64,000 nt of DNA, from assembly GCA_030324005.1 (NCBI GenBank), contig JARDVH010000025.1, forward strand, positions 45,099,029 through 45,163,028, given 5' to 3'. Each line of letters starts with the position of its first letter. Positions within the stretch are counted from its first letter, which is position 1. The translations under genes were made by a program, and so were the position numbers. The notes below the pieces were generated by a model. It was not told the origin of the DNA. It saw only the letters and a program-made list of their open reading frames with translations, and did no database searches. This DNA comes from Negaprion brevirostris (taxonomy: Eukaryota). Of the stretch, positions 46,666-60,209 are shown piece by piece.

Positions 46666-49600
46666 GAAATCAGATCTTTCTTTGTAAATTAAGGCTGCTT
46701 TGAAATCCGGTTTTCTAATGGAACCCACGGACAGCGGCAATTAAAATAACTTTTCTTTCCCTCTCCGCCTTTAAACCGTAAAACACAACTCAATCACTTC
46801 CACACACCACCTATCTATCAGGAACGGAGAGCAGGCTGTGGTCAAAGTCCCGCTGCTAAGGCGGGCTTTGCTGTTTCACTGGTGATGTCATCCTTCCCAC
46901 AAGTTTGCATTGGCAGAAGATGGAGCTGTATTCCTGTTTAGACTTTCAAACAGCCTCGCCTCTTTCTTCTCTAACAAATCTGTGTCCTTTACAGACAGCG
47001 AGTCTGTTTTACTTCTCGCACTGACCCGGTGCCCTGTGCAGAAGGGACGCCGTTTGCTTATATGCTTTCTTACTAACACCAACCTGTACTGTGTGCAGGG
47101 ACGGTAATTCGCGAAGTGAACTTGAAACGATCCTCAGCATTCGCAAGATAACTCGCCCACACCCACTCCCCAACCCTTTGCAGTCGATTTTAGAAGGGCT
47201 TCAGCTTGTAACCCTTAGCGTAACAGGACACCAATTCACTCAATAGTTACACCAACACATTTTAAAGTATTTTTTTTAAAAAAATTCAATGTCTTAAGCT
47301 TTTGTAGAGCAGAATTTCTGGATCTTTCAAGGCAGAAAAAATGCGATGAAGTTGGTCCATTTTCCCCGCTGGATGATGCAGCAATTTGAGAAATAAATGT
47401 AACAGATGCATCTCTTTCTGGGCTCCGGCAGGATGTTCTATTGTCCCGAGAAGGTGCATTTTTGCCGAGACGCTCGGCGTTGCTATAGTGAGGCGCAGAA
47501 ATGAAATAACAAAGCTCTCACTAAAGCTGTGTTTGGGTGTCCTCGCACAACTGAAGGCTTCTTTTAAAACTCTCAGAAAGTGGATGAGCCTCAGCCAAAA
47601 TAAAAGTCCAGCGCCCACCGGGGCCAGCTGAGTGGAGGAGGCCGGTGATGCTGCTTTAGGGCAAAAATAAATTCGGCAAATGTAAATAAATAAATTGGGG
47701 GGTTGACTTTCAGCGATAGAACGAAAACCCCCGTGCGGTGGACTGACCGGGCGCAATGAGCAAATTGATGAATTTAGATCCGCTGACTGGTCTGGGGGCT
47801 TAAATTCGAGTCGGTGAAGATGTCACTGTTGACAGTGTCAATCAATAACGGAAAAGGATCAGCTCCTAATTCATTTACAGCAAAGATTTAAAGTGGCAAG
47901 GCTGCTTGGCGGCTTCACTCTTTCTGAAAAGGCTGTGTGATTAATGCTTTCATTTTTGGTAAACCAAATGTGTTTCAATATTGCATATAACGAACTTGCA
48001 TCAAGATCCTTGCCATTTTCCCGAGATGCGAGAATTTTTTTTCAGGCTCTGGTGATGCAAAAAAAATCTTTAACTTTGCTCCATATTAAAGCAGGGCACA
48101 TTACAAATCAATCCCTCTTTTAGCATGACTGAGGTCCATATTCAACACACGCATAGAGTGATAGCCCCCCCCCCACACCCCCCCNNNNNNNNNNTAAATG
48201 GCGGACTCTTATTTTGCAAAGGAGATGCAATTAGCTTTGTATTGCCACTCTATGAAAGCTAGTAGAATATAAGTAACCGCTGTGGGAGAAGATCTAGCGG
48301 GCGCATAAAACCGAAATAAAACTATATAAGCAAAAAAAAAGCAGAAAGGAGGCTGTGGAGGGCATTCATCATAAAGATGTTTCAAAGTACAGAGCCGGTG
48401 GTTGTGACCTGCTTTCGTAACAGTGCTACGAGGCCTCCAAAAGACTTAACGGTTAGTTCTGGATATACTAAAAAAAGTGACATGGGAGTGAAAGAAAAAA
48501 GGAATGACGCGACCAAGAAAGAGCACGAAAGGACAAACAGGGTATAATTATTTATCTATCTGTCTGTCTATATGTCCCGTCCATTCATCTGTTTGTGTGC
48601 ATTACATTTAAACTCATGCAAATAAGTATGCTGTACATCGGTCTACATGCATGCACTTTCCGTGCATGTTGCCTGAGTTTTAAGGGAATGAGGATTAGGT
48701 ATTACATGGTAGCTCAGATAGACAAATTAATTAGTACTTAATTATGTATCCAATAATCAGTTATTTTTACTTGTCCTTAGTAAAACCATGTCAATGTATT
48801 ATCACCCATTACCCATATCGGCTACAATTTGACAGTATTTACATTGAAAATATCATGGCATGCTGGGCAAGCAAGTCTTCATTGGCCTACTTAAACATTA
48901 TTGCTTTTTTTGTCTCAGGTGTGGAAATAGATGTTACTTTGCCCCGTGCTGAAACATTACCGGTCGTTACGCCCTTAGCGTGGGCAAGCGGCTGAAGCTG
49001 CTTCCAAAGGAGGTATTCTGGCTGGATAATTGAATTCTATTTCTCTCTGAAATGTAACATCAACAGGAGCAAGAACGACATGCAAAACAACTGATTCCAG
49101 GAAAAAAAACAGTGCACGTCAACGGCCAATGAGTTAGGGGCTAAAGATGCAAAAATGTACGCAAAAAAACCCCTCCAAATGAAGAGAACATTTACTCTAA
49201 TTGGGTTATAATTATCAGAGTCACAAAATAGACGCGGAGGCTTAAACATTACGTGTTGGAAGAAAAGAAAAACACATTATTTTAACTAAAAGAGGAAAAC
49301 AAAATGTCAAAGCATGAAATAGATATGGATTTTAATGTAATCAGTACTAGGCCAATGTCTACTATTNNNNNNNNNNNNNNNNNNNNNNNNNNNNNNNNNN
49401 NNNNNNNNNNNNNNNNNNNNNNNNNNNNNNNNNNNNNNNNNNNNNNNNNNNNNNNNNNNNNNNNNNNNNNNNNNNNNNNNNNNNNNNNNNNNNNNNNNNN
49501 NNNNNNNNNNNNNNNNNNNNNNNNNNNNNNNNNNNNNNNNNNNNNNNNNNNNNNNNNNNNNNNNNNNNNNNNNNNNNNNNNNNNNNNNNNNNNNNNNNNN

Positions 49601-51134
49601 NNNNNNNNNNNNNNNNNNNNNNNNNNNNNNNNNNNNNNNNNNNNNNNNNNNNNNNNNNNNNNNNNNNNNNNNNNNNNNNNNNNNNNNNNNNNNNNNNNNN
49701 NNNNNNNNNNNNNNNNNNNNNNNNNNNNNNNNNNNNNNNNNNNNNNNNNNNNNNNNNNNNNNNNNNNNNNNNNNNNNNNNNNNNNNNNNNNNNNNNNNNN
49801 NNNNNNNNNNNNNNNNNNNNNNNNNNNNNNNNNNNNNNNNNNNNNNNNNNNNNNNNNNNNNNNNNNNNNNNNNNNNNNNNNNNNNNNNNNNNNNNNNNNN
49901 NNNNNNNNNCCATCGTTTCTTCCTTTCGCTGTTACTTCCAACAACCGAGCATTTCGATTGGCAACAGCCCGTTTCTGACTTTCAAAAATTAAAAAAAAAG
50001 TTTGCCAAGTTATAAATAGCCTTTATTCCTCCAAGCGAGTGCATCCATTTAAAAGGAGCTATTGTTCAGAACGGGGCGGCCACCTGCTGCCCTTTGGTGT
50101 TGTCCGGTGCAGGAGATAATGCTTTCAGTTAATGTTACATTGCTCTATAGTAAACTGATAACATTAACAAGCTGATAGGCGAACCGATGCCGGACAGTGT
50201 TGTGTAGATTGAAGTTTGGAACGTTTTTGTTCCTGGGACTTGCTTATTTTATTGCAGTGCGGGATTTGTAACTGTTAAGAAATAACATTGTTGTTAGCAG
50301 GGATACGGTGTGTGGCGTTTGGGAGTCAGTGCCTTGCACACACTTACAACAAGAATGCTGCTGATAGTGTCAAAGCAACTACCTCTTATTGTGCTTTACA
50401 AAATCATGAAGCACTTAACCATCACTGTTGCCATAAGTAACTCGACCCCCTCCTCTCGACTTATCTCGTCACTTCATATTTAAATACAGAATGCTAACTA
50501 ATGCACATCGCCAGTTAGGCATTTAAGAATTGAATACAAGTAAACGATTCGAAACACAGCAACTAAAACAATAACCAATGGATCTATTCCACAGCTACAG
50601 CAGATAAAGAAATTTGCGGTATTTAAATCGCCTGAGGACGCTTAATGATAGTGGCGATACCGATCTGACACAAACGTGGCTTCTTTCATTGTCTACGGGA
50701 GAGAGAAAAACTAAATAACAAAATCTTGTTGCAGACTTCCATGGATTTTTTAAAAAAGTGACAGAGTTAAGATTAAAAATACAAAAAAAACACCAATCTA
50801 TTTCTATCCGAAATGTCTGCATTGTGCAATATTTACAAATGTGCTTTGCCAAGTGGACATCATTGCTTTACTGCTGACATTGTCATCAATCAAAAAGCTC
50901 TCGACAGCGGGTAACTCGTGAGCGGATCTGTGCTAAGCATTTGATAGATCCACCAGCACAGGGCTATGTTACATCACAGTTCAATCTGCTCGTCTCTCCA
51001 CATATTTAAAAGTGAGATGTTTCCAGGACTTTGAAAGTTTGCGGCTTGTCGAGCCAGACTTTCTGGCAAAGTCTAATACAAAATTCTGACGTCATGTAGT
51101 CAGTATGAGGGCCTTTGTGTGCCCAGGACAATTC

Positions 51135-51575
51135 CATCTCTCTCTCTCTCTGTCTCATCCTTTTCCTCTCTGCTTCTCTTTTCTCTCCCTCCAATTCCAC
51201 ACTCTTTTTCTGTCTGTCTGCCACGTCAGTGTTGCGCTCAGCTTCATATTATGTCTCAATGTGTTTCATCGGTAGCATCCTAACCCTTTTCTCTGTTCTT
51301 TGTTTTTTCTCTGTCTCCAGGGCCAGCCCCGGTCTTTCTCAGTTTGCGAAGTAGTCTATTTGTTCAGTGCTTCTCTCTGTCTCATTCTCTCTAGCCGTGT
51401 CTTCCTCCCCTATCATTCTGCGCTGCCATTATCCCTACTTCTTTCATTCCCACTATTTGCGTTCTCTTTACCATTCCTTTTACCTTTCTTCCTCCTTCTT
51501 GTTTCCTTCTGTATTTTCCTTCTACTTTTGTCTACCACTTTTCATCGTTTTTGCCTTTTTCTCGCTCTCTTTCGT
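51135..51575 (+). repeat. Long polypyrimidine (CT-rich) low-complexity tract
   Basis: Strong C/T bias on the + strand over ~440 bp. Confidence 0.75.
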
Positions 51576-54500
51576 TTGCTAAGATCTAATGGACAAAAGC
51601 ATCCATTCGCTTACAAACCTCACCAGTTTAGTTGCAATGATCAAATTGTGATAAACTTTAATTAGCTCCTCATCAGAGCACAGATTTTCACGGTATATTT
51701 GCGGAATTTGATAAGATGGTAAAGAACTCGAGTTAATAAAGTACTGCCTCTGCAATCAATCATATAACTGAACAGTTCAAACGTTATTACACAGTTTAGC
51801 CATAATGTGATCACCATCTTTGGATGAAGCCCATTTGGTGTGCGGGGAAAATGGTTACATTAGTAAGCTGGCTGAAGCCGCCTGAAAGCAGAACTAAGTG
51901 TGGGTGCTGTGGTTAGTCATGAGGAACTTCTTTGAAGTAGTTTTTAATGTATTTGAATGCAACCCTTCTCCTTCAGGTTCTGCATTCTTACAAGTTAAAC
52001 AGTAATCCAAAGGGTCAGTCAATATTGCCTTCATAGTTTCCAAAATAGTGACCATATCTTGCCTGAAACCACAGAGTAACAGCGATTAATTATTGCTATT
52101 TGAGGCACCTGGGCTGTGAAGCTGTTCTCAGCATTAAAACAATTAATACTAGCTTTAACTCGACATTTACAAGGTTTTATCGGCACTTTCATAACAGCTC
52201 AGGATACTTTTAAAAAAATTCGTGCTCTCTGTGTGGGTGTAATAGGGAACGTGTTGGCTGGCCCACTTAGGTGAAAAATCCAGCTAATTTAGTTCAAAAG
52301 GAGCGAGCAACTATCAGTTGGATAATAAGTTTGGTCCAATCTATTGCTTTTATATTTGCATATCTGCTCTTTATTTAATGATGGGGTTGAAAGATTTTCA
52401 TTAATTCTAAACGTGTTTATATTTTGTATCCTTCGACTTGAAAGTAACTTTCCCCCCGAATTTGGCAATGTTGCCAGATAACTGGAGCCCGCCTTCATAC
52501 CTTTAATATTTGAGTTGTACATATCTACTCAGACCAGCGAGTAGCTGACAACTACCACGCGGTAGCATGAATAGAAGGTTCCAAGCTGTTCCGATATTTA
52601 AAAAGCCTCTTTGGTTCTTTGATGGCGTTAATGCAACTTTGTTAAGTTTGTGCCGTATTCATCAACCTTCGCGTAATTGGATTGTGACAGGCTTATCTAA
52701 TATCACAATTCTGGGATGTGCTATGATATTGTAATAGCATGACCTCTACCTTGAGCTTCAGTAAATTAGGACACTCGTGTCAGTTTTTAAATTCTCCTGG
52801 GGAAAGGATAAGCTATAAAGTCCGTCAACTATAGGATGCATGCATATAACCAGCCGACTTAAATTGATCAAAAATGTACTCATGCCAATAGCTGCAGGGT
52901 GGGTCTGCCTCATTACAATACATTAAAACGTTATAAACAAAGCTTTGTCAAACAATTTCTCTTCAGTCATTTGACCCTGTAGAAAGTGAGACGTTCCTAC
53001 TTACGCTGCAATAATGAATATCAATAGGTTTGCTATCATGCAGCATACACACACCACACGTATATGTGTATCTGTAAAATAGACTAGGCACCATAGTAAT
53101 ATTAATCCACCCAAGCCCACCACCATACGCAGACAGACCCGAATTCTGAATTTGTTAAGTAATTATCCTTCAAATGTCACTTTTTTATTGTATTACAGAC
53201 AAGCTGAGAAGACCTCAGGTGAGCATCGTTAAAGTTAACTTGATTGTTTCATATTTTCGAACTCAAATAAAAGAAAATGTCTTTTATTGCCTCAAGTAGT
53301 TCCTGTAAAGTTATTCTGGCTTCAAGAATAAATGCCAATTGCACAGAAATGAGGCATAAGTAATAGAAGTAATAGCATATATATTGACTTTATGTAACGC
53401 TGGGAGCTGAAGTGTCTCTTTGGAGAATTATGATTGGATTTTTATATGGTATATACATATTACATCCTATTATGTAGTGCAAATGAAAATGATGTCTTTT
53501 CGAATTCAAGGCCGGCCTCAGCATTGTATTTACTGATTAAGTCCCCGGAAACAAACGGCAAGAGCTTATGAAGTCAAACCAAGTAAATCTGAAAGCTAAG
53601 AGAAAGGGTTTGTAGCTGGCGGCGGCGAAGNNNNNNNNNNTATTTTTCCGCTGCTGGCAACTCCGGTCAGTTGGAAAGAAAGTTGGCACAGATGAAGCAC
53701 TACTCCAAAACAGTCCGGAAACTCGTCAAAGCAACAACACAACACTGCGCTGAGCATTTACACATGACGCCCTCACATCGATCATCTGGGAAATTATTAC
53801 ATGTCTACAACCAGCTCTTGCTTTACCCATGTAAGAACTTGAAAAAAGAAGCTCTGTATATATTCATGACCATAAAGTGAGGGTGGAAAAAGACTTGGAC
53901 CACCCAAGCTACGATATTCTGAACATATATATTATATATTAGCGGCTTCTTCCAAACCGTTGAGGCGAACCGTTATGAGCCCACTTGATAGCTTTGCACA
54001 ATATAGAAAGAACATGAAACAAAATAGGCATTTAAATGCTCCAGAGGGACTGGTTGAACGTGATCAGGGATAGTTGTGGGATTGTGAACTTCTCCCGCTT
54101 GATGAATTAACATCTTAGCCTGTAAAAAATTGTGAAGTTAGAATAGGCTTGGCGTGCGATTTTACTGAGGTCTAGTTCATTAACTCTTTCCTGACCAGTC
54201 GACGGAGGCAAGGAGATTTACAATGCTTAATCCAGTCAGTTCAAAAGCTAAGATTTAGGAGTCTTAGTCCCACATGCAATGGTTTCTGGCGTTTGATTCA
54301 TGTGACATTTGAGAGGTGGGATAATGAAAGGTAGAACCAAGTGATAGATTTGTTTTATTTTTGCTCTATCTCATTTTAGGTGATTTATCTACAATCAATC
54401 CTCAAGAGCAGATTACCGCTAAAGCCTATTGAAAGAGAAAAAAATATGTCGAGTGACATGGGCACTGCACCAGTAATCACAGTTTGTATCCCTCTATAAA

Positions 54501-54804
54501 TCATAAAGCTGCATTAAATTGCACACCAACATCTGGCTGGAATCTTCCTGCAACTGGATTCGAACCTCTACCTTTCTACAAAAAGAATAGTTTGCAAACT
54601 GCATCCGAGCTTTCAGAAACTGAATTGTGAATTAATCATTAGCCAGATTTTTTTAAAAAAAGTCCCGCTTCGATTTCTGCCTTTCGGTATGAATCCGTTC
54701 ATTTTTCAAAAATGTGTACTCAATGCAATAACTACAACTAGAGTGGAAATAAGGCATCATGTATGACATTCAATGAACACCGAGGAAATAGTAGTCACTG
54801 GAAA

Positions 54805-54902
54805 TAAGCTAAGCGTTATATATGTGCTCTTGCAGAGAACCGACACAGACACGACGGGCCGAGTGGCCTCCTTCTGCGCTATAACCATTCTATGATTCTA
54901 TA
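54805..54902 (+). mobile_element. LINE/SINE 3' tail of CR1 type
   Basis: GACGGGCCGAGTGGCCTCCTTCTGCGCT..ATTCTATGATTCTA. Confidence 0.7.
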
Positions 54903-56042
54903 TAAAAGTTCATGAACCACCCGAAAACTCTCGGAAGCAGTCCTTTTCAAATTATCATCGCCAGCTTGTCTTTAATTTTACATTCAGAAATTAGTGTGAG
55001 CAAAGCATTTGAAAGAGGGTAACTCCATTCTAATAACAGGTTACCATATTTTTGGTTGCATGATATAATCGAGAAAATAACGAATAGTCGCTCGTGAATG
55101 TAAAATCATGCAATTTTTCTCCTTCCTACAATTCAATTATAATATGTCATCCCTAGATTCGTTTGAGCCTCTGTTTTAAAGTATGCATCTGTGTACACCT
55201 TCACAACGAATGATGCACAAATCTCTCCAAGCAGCCTTTCTGTCGGTGCTGCTTGTGGTCCGTGTACGATATGAAAGTGGCTTTCTCTCTTCTCCTCCAT
55301 GTGATAATTATTGCCCAAATCCCAGTGAGTTGTGGGTTGTGTTGCTGCCTCTGACAGGCAGATCCCCTCCCAGGGGACGCTCACATGGCGAGCTCTGAGC
55401 TCCATAGAATTCCATTAATCACACTCTCAGTTCCCTAAAGCTCCCAGTGCACAAATAATTATAAATCCGGGGGAAAATGGATTGACAAATTGTCCAAAAC
55501 CCGAGTAATCGGTTGTCCTGGACAGAAAAGTAAACAACATTCGTCCAGATTATATTGTTAACTTTAAAAAATGGCGAAATGTGTGCTCAACTTCCAGTGT
55601 GCGGAGGAGGAATTATGTTTCAATGAATCTTTATCGTTTCCCTTCGTAATGTGGTGATGTCTTTGTTTATGAAAGGTGTCTGTTTTTAAGTGTCCATTTC
55701 GGATGATCGCTGGTGTATTACGATTTGCACCATCAGGTGTTGGGGNNNNNNNNNNNNNNNNNNNNNNNNNNNNNNNNNNNNNNNNNNNNNNNNNNNNNNN
55801 NNNNNNNATATCCTGTATTCCAAACAACATTTCATATATACCTGGATATGAGCAAATATCAATCATTACATACCACAAAAGATTTTAAAGAGATACGATA
55901 GATTTAAGCTTCTGAATAAATTTGTTTTAATAAATCTGAGTGACAGGGTCAAATATTAGGACATGGTGGCAGCCTTAACCTTTGAATGATTGTGCTTTTC
56001 TTTTGATCATTAAATCATAAGGAGAGAACCCAAGAGGTGGAA

Positions 56043-56212
56043 TGGCCATGCTAAATTGCCCTTTCGTGTCCAAAAATGTGTAGGATAGGGGGATTAGTGA
56101 GATAAATGTATGGGGTTACGGAGATAGGGCGGGGGAGTGGGTAAAATCTGTCGGATAGTTGGTGCAGATCGATGGGCCGAATGGCTTCCTTTCACATTGT
56201 AAGAATTCTATA
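56043..56212 (+). mobile_element. HE1-type SINE 3' half
   Basis: TGGCCATGCTAAATTGCCC...GATGGGCCGAATGGCTTCCTT. Confidence 0.8.
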
Positions 56213-56829
56213 GATTGCATGTTGGGGGCCATGGGGAGTGAAATTTTCAGGTGTCCGTCCAAGTCAATTGTTACCACTATAAACAACCCCGATATAAATC
56301 GACTCCTTGTTTCAGTTATGGTTTAAGTTAGTGAATACTTGGAAGGACACATTCCAACATAATCCAAGTCCAGGCGATTTCCAATCGATATTTTTAACCT
56401 AAATGAGCTTTTCTTTTCATTGGGAGAAATTCAACTTCTCAGAGTTAACAATTGCTGCTTCAGTCATACTGGATCACAATAATTGTTATCCCAATCACAG
56501 AATCAACAACATGGGCGCTACATTATACAGTAAGAAAGTTATAAAGAGAAAAACAGCATATACTCGATAAAGGATGAAATTCTGGTTTAGATACGAAACA
56601 TTGTAATTTTAAAAGCTTCAATAATAAAACGAAGAATGGGAAGATAATGCTAATTTTATGACTGTGGTGAGCAGTATGATAGAAGTGATTGAGGTACGTT
56701 TCAATACCAGAGTTAGATAGAACAGTGTGGCCTATACAGTGTTGCAGGTAAGCCACAAGTACAGTACAATGCCACAATCGGAGAGCAGTGCTGCTACAGG
56801 TAGCATAGGGACGGTACACACCTGTCAGT

Positions 56830-56980
56830 GAAGGTTGCCAAAGGACCATAGGCTGCTGTCCCCTTTGAGAGAGAGAGAGGAGTGGTGGTCATTTAACCTG
56901 AGGGTCACTACACACTGAGGGCAAGGTTGAGAATAATCTCGGTAGTGAATAACCCTGCCATTGAATCCCGCGCTGACGGA
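56830..56980 (-). mobile_element. Probable tRNA-derived SINE fragment of another family
   Basis: B-box-like CGCGGGATTCAA on the minus strand near 56961-56972; the body resembles a shark interspersed repeat, from memory. Confidence 0.4.
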
Positions 56981-56984
56981 ACCC

Positions 56985-57060
56985 AGTTCTGACGAACGAT
57001 CGAAGCATCTGTTCTCTCCACACAGGCTGCCAGGTCTGCTGAGATTTTCCAGCATTTCCT
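56985..57060 (+). mobile_element. Penelope-derived short repeat, same family as 5091
   Basis: TTCTGACGAA..CGAAGC..CTCTCCACACAGGCTGCCAGGTCTGCTGAGATTTTCCAGCATTT. Confidence 0.6.
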
Positions 57061-57202
57061 CCCGCAGTCCAAAGACGTGCGGTTGATTGGCCATGCTACA
57101 TTGCCCTTTAGTTACGGGGATAGGGCCTGGATGGGATTGTTGTTGGTGTAATTTTGATGGACCGAATGGCCTCTTTCTGCATTGTGAGAATTGTATGATT
57201 CT
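57058..57202 (+). mobile_element. HE1-type SINE 3' half
   Basis: CCTCCCGCAGTCCAAAGACGTGCGGTTGATTGGCCATGCTA...GACCGAATGGCCTC. Confidence 0.8.
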
Positions 57203-59856
57203 GTTTTTGTTTGTGATTGAACCGACATCNNNNNNNNNNNNNNNNNNNNNNNNNNNNNNNNNNNNNNNNNNNNNNNNNNNNNNNNNNNNNNNNNNNNNNN
57301 NNNNNNNNNNNNNNNNNNNNNNNNNNNNNNNNNNNNNNNNNNNNNNATACAGTGATATCGGCACGGTTCGTTCTTACAGATACACTGATGTATCACTGTA
57401 GCTGGGAATTCAGTCGGGTATTTAGACTCTTCATTTTTCACTGTTGCCAGTTGAATCCACTGATGAGGGGCACTGTGTCTGCATTAATGTGCATCCAGTG
57501 ACAATGATGTACCTTTGTATTTCTGTCGCGTGCATTTTGATGACTGAATTGTAGTGATTCTTGTCTGGTTGCACAATATTCTCATCGTCCGTCACATCTT
57601 CTAGCGCTTGGGGTCTAATGGGCTGAATGCACTGGGGCAGTTCAGTTATCAGCGGAAACCAGATTAGTACCGGCGCTACTGTTACCATCTGTCAGCGCGC
57701 CCAGGCCNNNNNNNNNNCGTCCACCCCTCACCCACAACCACGTCTCCCTCAGCGTCAAAACTCTGCAGCTTCACCAACGCGGCTCACCCTGCCTCTCAAC
57801 CCATTCAAATAGGATCTAACATCCTTTGGAGAGAAACATGAAACCCAGAGTGTGGACACTCATTGAGATATTATAATGCAATTAGCCTGTGTAAAAAGGC
57901 TTGTTAAGTTAACCTTGTCCCTTTGATTTGCGAGCGAGCTGAACAATAGCAGCGGTGGTCTTGGTGGCACATTGACGATCACAGTTTTCCACTTCCCATT
58001 GGGTCATTTTGGCACGTGTTTTCTAAAAGGGGCATAAAATGGGGTTGGCAGTAAAACCAGTCGCTTTGTGAGACGGAGTTTTTTTTTACCCTTTCGGTAA
58101 ATAGTGGGGCGGGCGGGGGTGGACGGAGAGGCATATGAACGTAACCTCATTTTAACAAAACTCAGTTCTAAATAATCACTCGAGCAAATAGCAGAAAGCG
58201 CACATCAATCGTTGACCTAAACTCCAGAAAGTTACAGCCTGATATAAACTAGTGACTGAGCGCTGCGTGACGGCCTGGTCTCCCTGCTGCAACAACTCCA
58301 ATCAATGCTTTCTCCTCCCAGATAAAACGTTGAAGACGAGGATAAGGCAGCATTGGTCAGTTGTCTCCACGCTGCTGTTGTATAGGTTTAGGTTATGTTA
58401 AAAAGTCTGCTCCTCAATGCATTGCATTGAAAAGTGAATCCCACTCACAAGGATGAGCGATGGCGAAAGGGTAAAGTGAATTATTAAAAAAAAATCACAA
58501 TGTGAAATGAAGCGAACAAATTCTGAAAGACAGATTGCAATGTCGCTGAAAAGGGTGGAAACCGAAACCCAGACTCAAAAAGCAAAATAAGGCAAATTAC
58601 AAATGATTTCACACAAAGATTGCCCTCTTGAGAAGGGAATTTTCTTCTGGAGCGACAAAGCTGCTCCCACTGTCTGTAAAACACACACACACAGAGGAAT
58701 GCCATCGCATCCTTTAAAGGAATTAAATCGAGTCTCTCTGGGCTTTTCTGAAGAGTCTAAGAATGGGCGGGGGGGGCGGGGTGGGATGGACATCGGGAGG
58801 AAAGGCTGAAAGCGAGTCTGTCGGTCGCCTCGTTGTGTTAAACGGTCCTGGCATAGCTTCGGGTGTTAAGAGCCACCCAACATGTTTGTACTTGACTATC
58901 AGCCGTTGCCGTACAAAGCCTCTTTTCTTCTGCCCTTGGCTGGGATCCAGGCCAGTGGCGATCCCTTGACCCCGGAGCCATCATTAAGCAGAATGTTCAT
59001 CTCACATCCTCACTGCCAAACGAACTTCAAACTAGCGCTAAGCTCACTGACCCGAAATACCGAAACGGAGTGTGCGTGGAAGGATGCAACTTTACTCCAA
59101 AAAAAGACACATTCTTCGCCATCTTTCTCACTGAATTTCGGTGTGTTTGGAATAATTGTGGGAACCTCAGATGGAAATCAAATGTGAAAAAAGTCCAAAT
59201 CCACGTTAGCATGACAGATAGGCGATCCAAAACCCCAAATATCACAGCGTTCTTCTTAAGGCTGCAAGTGATTTGGGTCAGATTTCGAACTCTACTGTCA
59301 TCGAATTCAGAAGACTTCTCTCATCATGCAGAAATAAAACCATCCATTCCAAAGAACTACTTTTTAATTTCATTTGAGGCAAATGGTTTGGAATTTCCCA
59401 ATATAAAGGGTCTTTTGAGTTTTTTTTTGTTGAAAAATATATTTAATTTTTTGATGGAATAAAATAGATTATGGAATGAAATCTCCGTGATGGGGGAGGG
59501 TGGCATCTGGGAAAATGTTATGCAAGGCAGCGAAGAATAGATGTGAACAACGGGTGGAATGCTGATTTTAAGGCTGGTGCTACTTGCAGCCTTGACTGCC
59601 AGCCAAGCCGCAGTAATTTAGACAATCCAACTGCAAATTAGGTGAAATTACGCGAATTCACCGTCACAAATTAGTCACTTGACCTTTGTCGCCAAGTCTG
59701 GCCTACTTTCCACCGCTGTCAAATCCTCGCAAACTGACGGGTAAACCTAAACTCACCAAGGAGACAGGCTGCGGTGAAACACATTTAAATCTGTCAGTAA
59801 AGGAGCTTCTCAGGAGCATAGAGCTTTAAACAAATCTGTGCACTTTGCCCTTTGAT

Positions 59857-60157
59857 CATAGAAACATAGAATCTCTACAATGCAGAAGGAGGCAATTAAG
59901 CCCATCCAATCCACACCTANNNNNNNNNNNNNNNNNNNNNNNNNNNNNNNNNNNNNNNNNNNNNNNNNNNNNNNNNNNNNNNNNNNNNNNNNNNNNNNNN
60001 NNNNNNNNNNNNNNNNNNNGCTGGGTTGTTCTTTGTTCTTTGTTCTGTATTAACACTGTAACGAAGCTACTGTGAAAATCCCCTAGTCGCCACACTCCAG
60101 CACCTGTTCGGGGACGCCAAGTGAGAATTTAGCGTGGCCAATGCACCTAACCAGCAG
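59857..60157 (-). mobile_element. V-SINE fragments on either side of a gap
   Basis: CATAGAAACATAGAATC tail; ACTGTGAAAATCCCCTAGTCGCCACACTCCAG matches 24378-24410. Confidence 0.7.
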
Positions 60158-60209
60158 TATAAGTGCAGGGTGATTCAGTTCAGATATTGGTAAAAATTTA
60201 CCAATGATG

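Noticed and set aside
5649-52361. Isolated octamer motifs (5649, 9353, 52354) and a CRE palindrome (51087)
   Set aside because: A few AT-rich 8-mers are expected by chance in 64 kb
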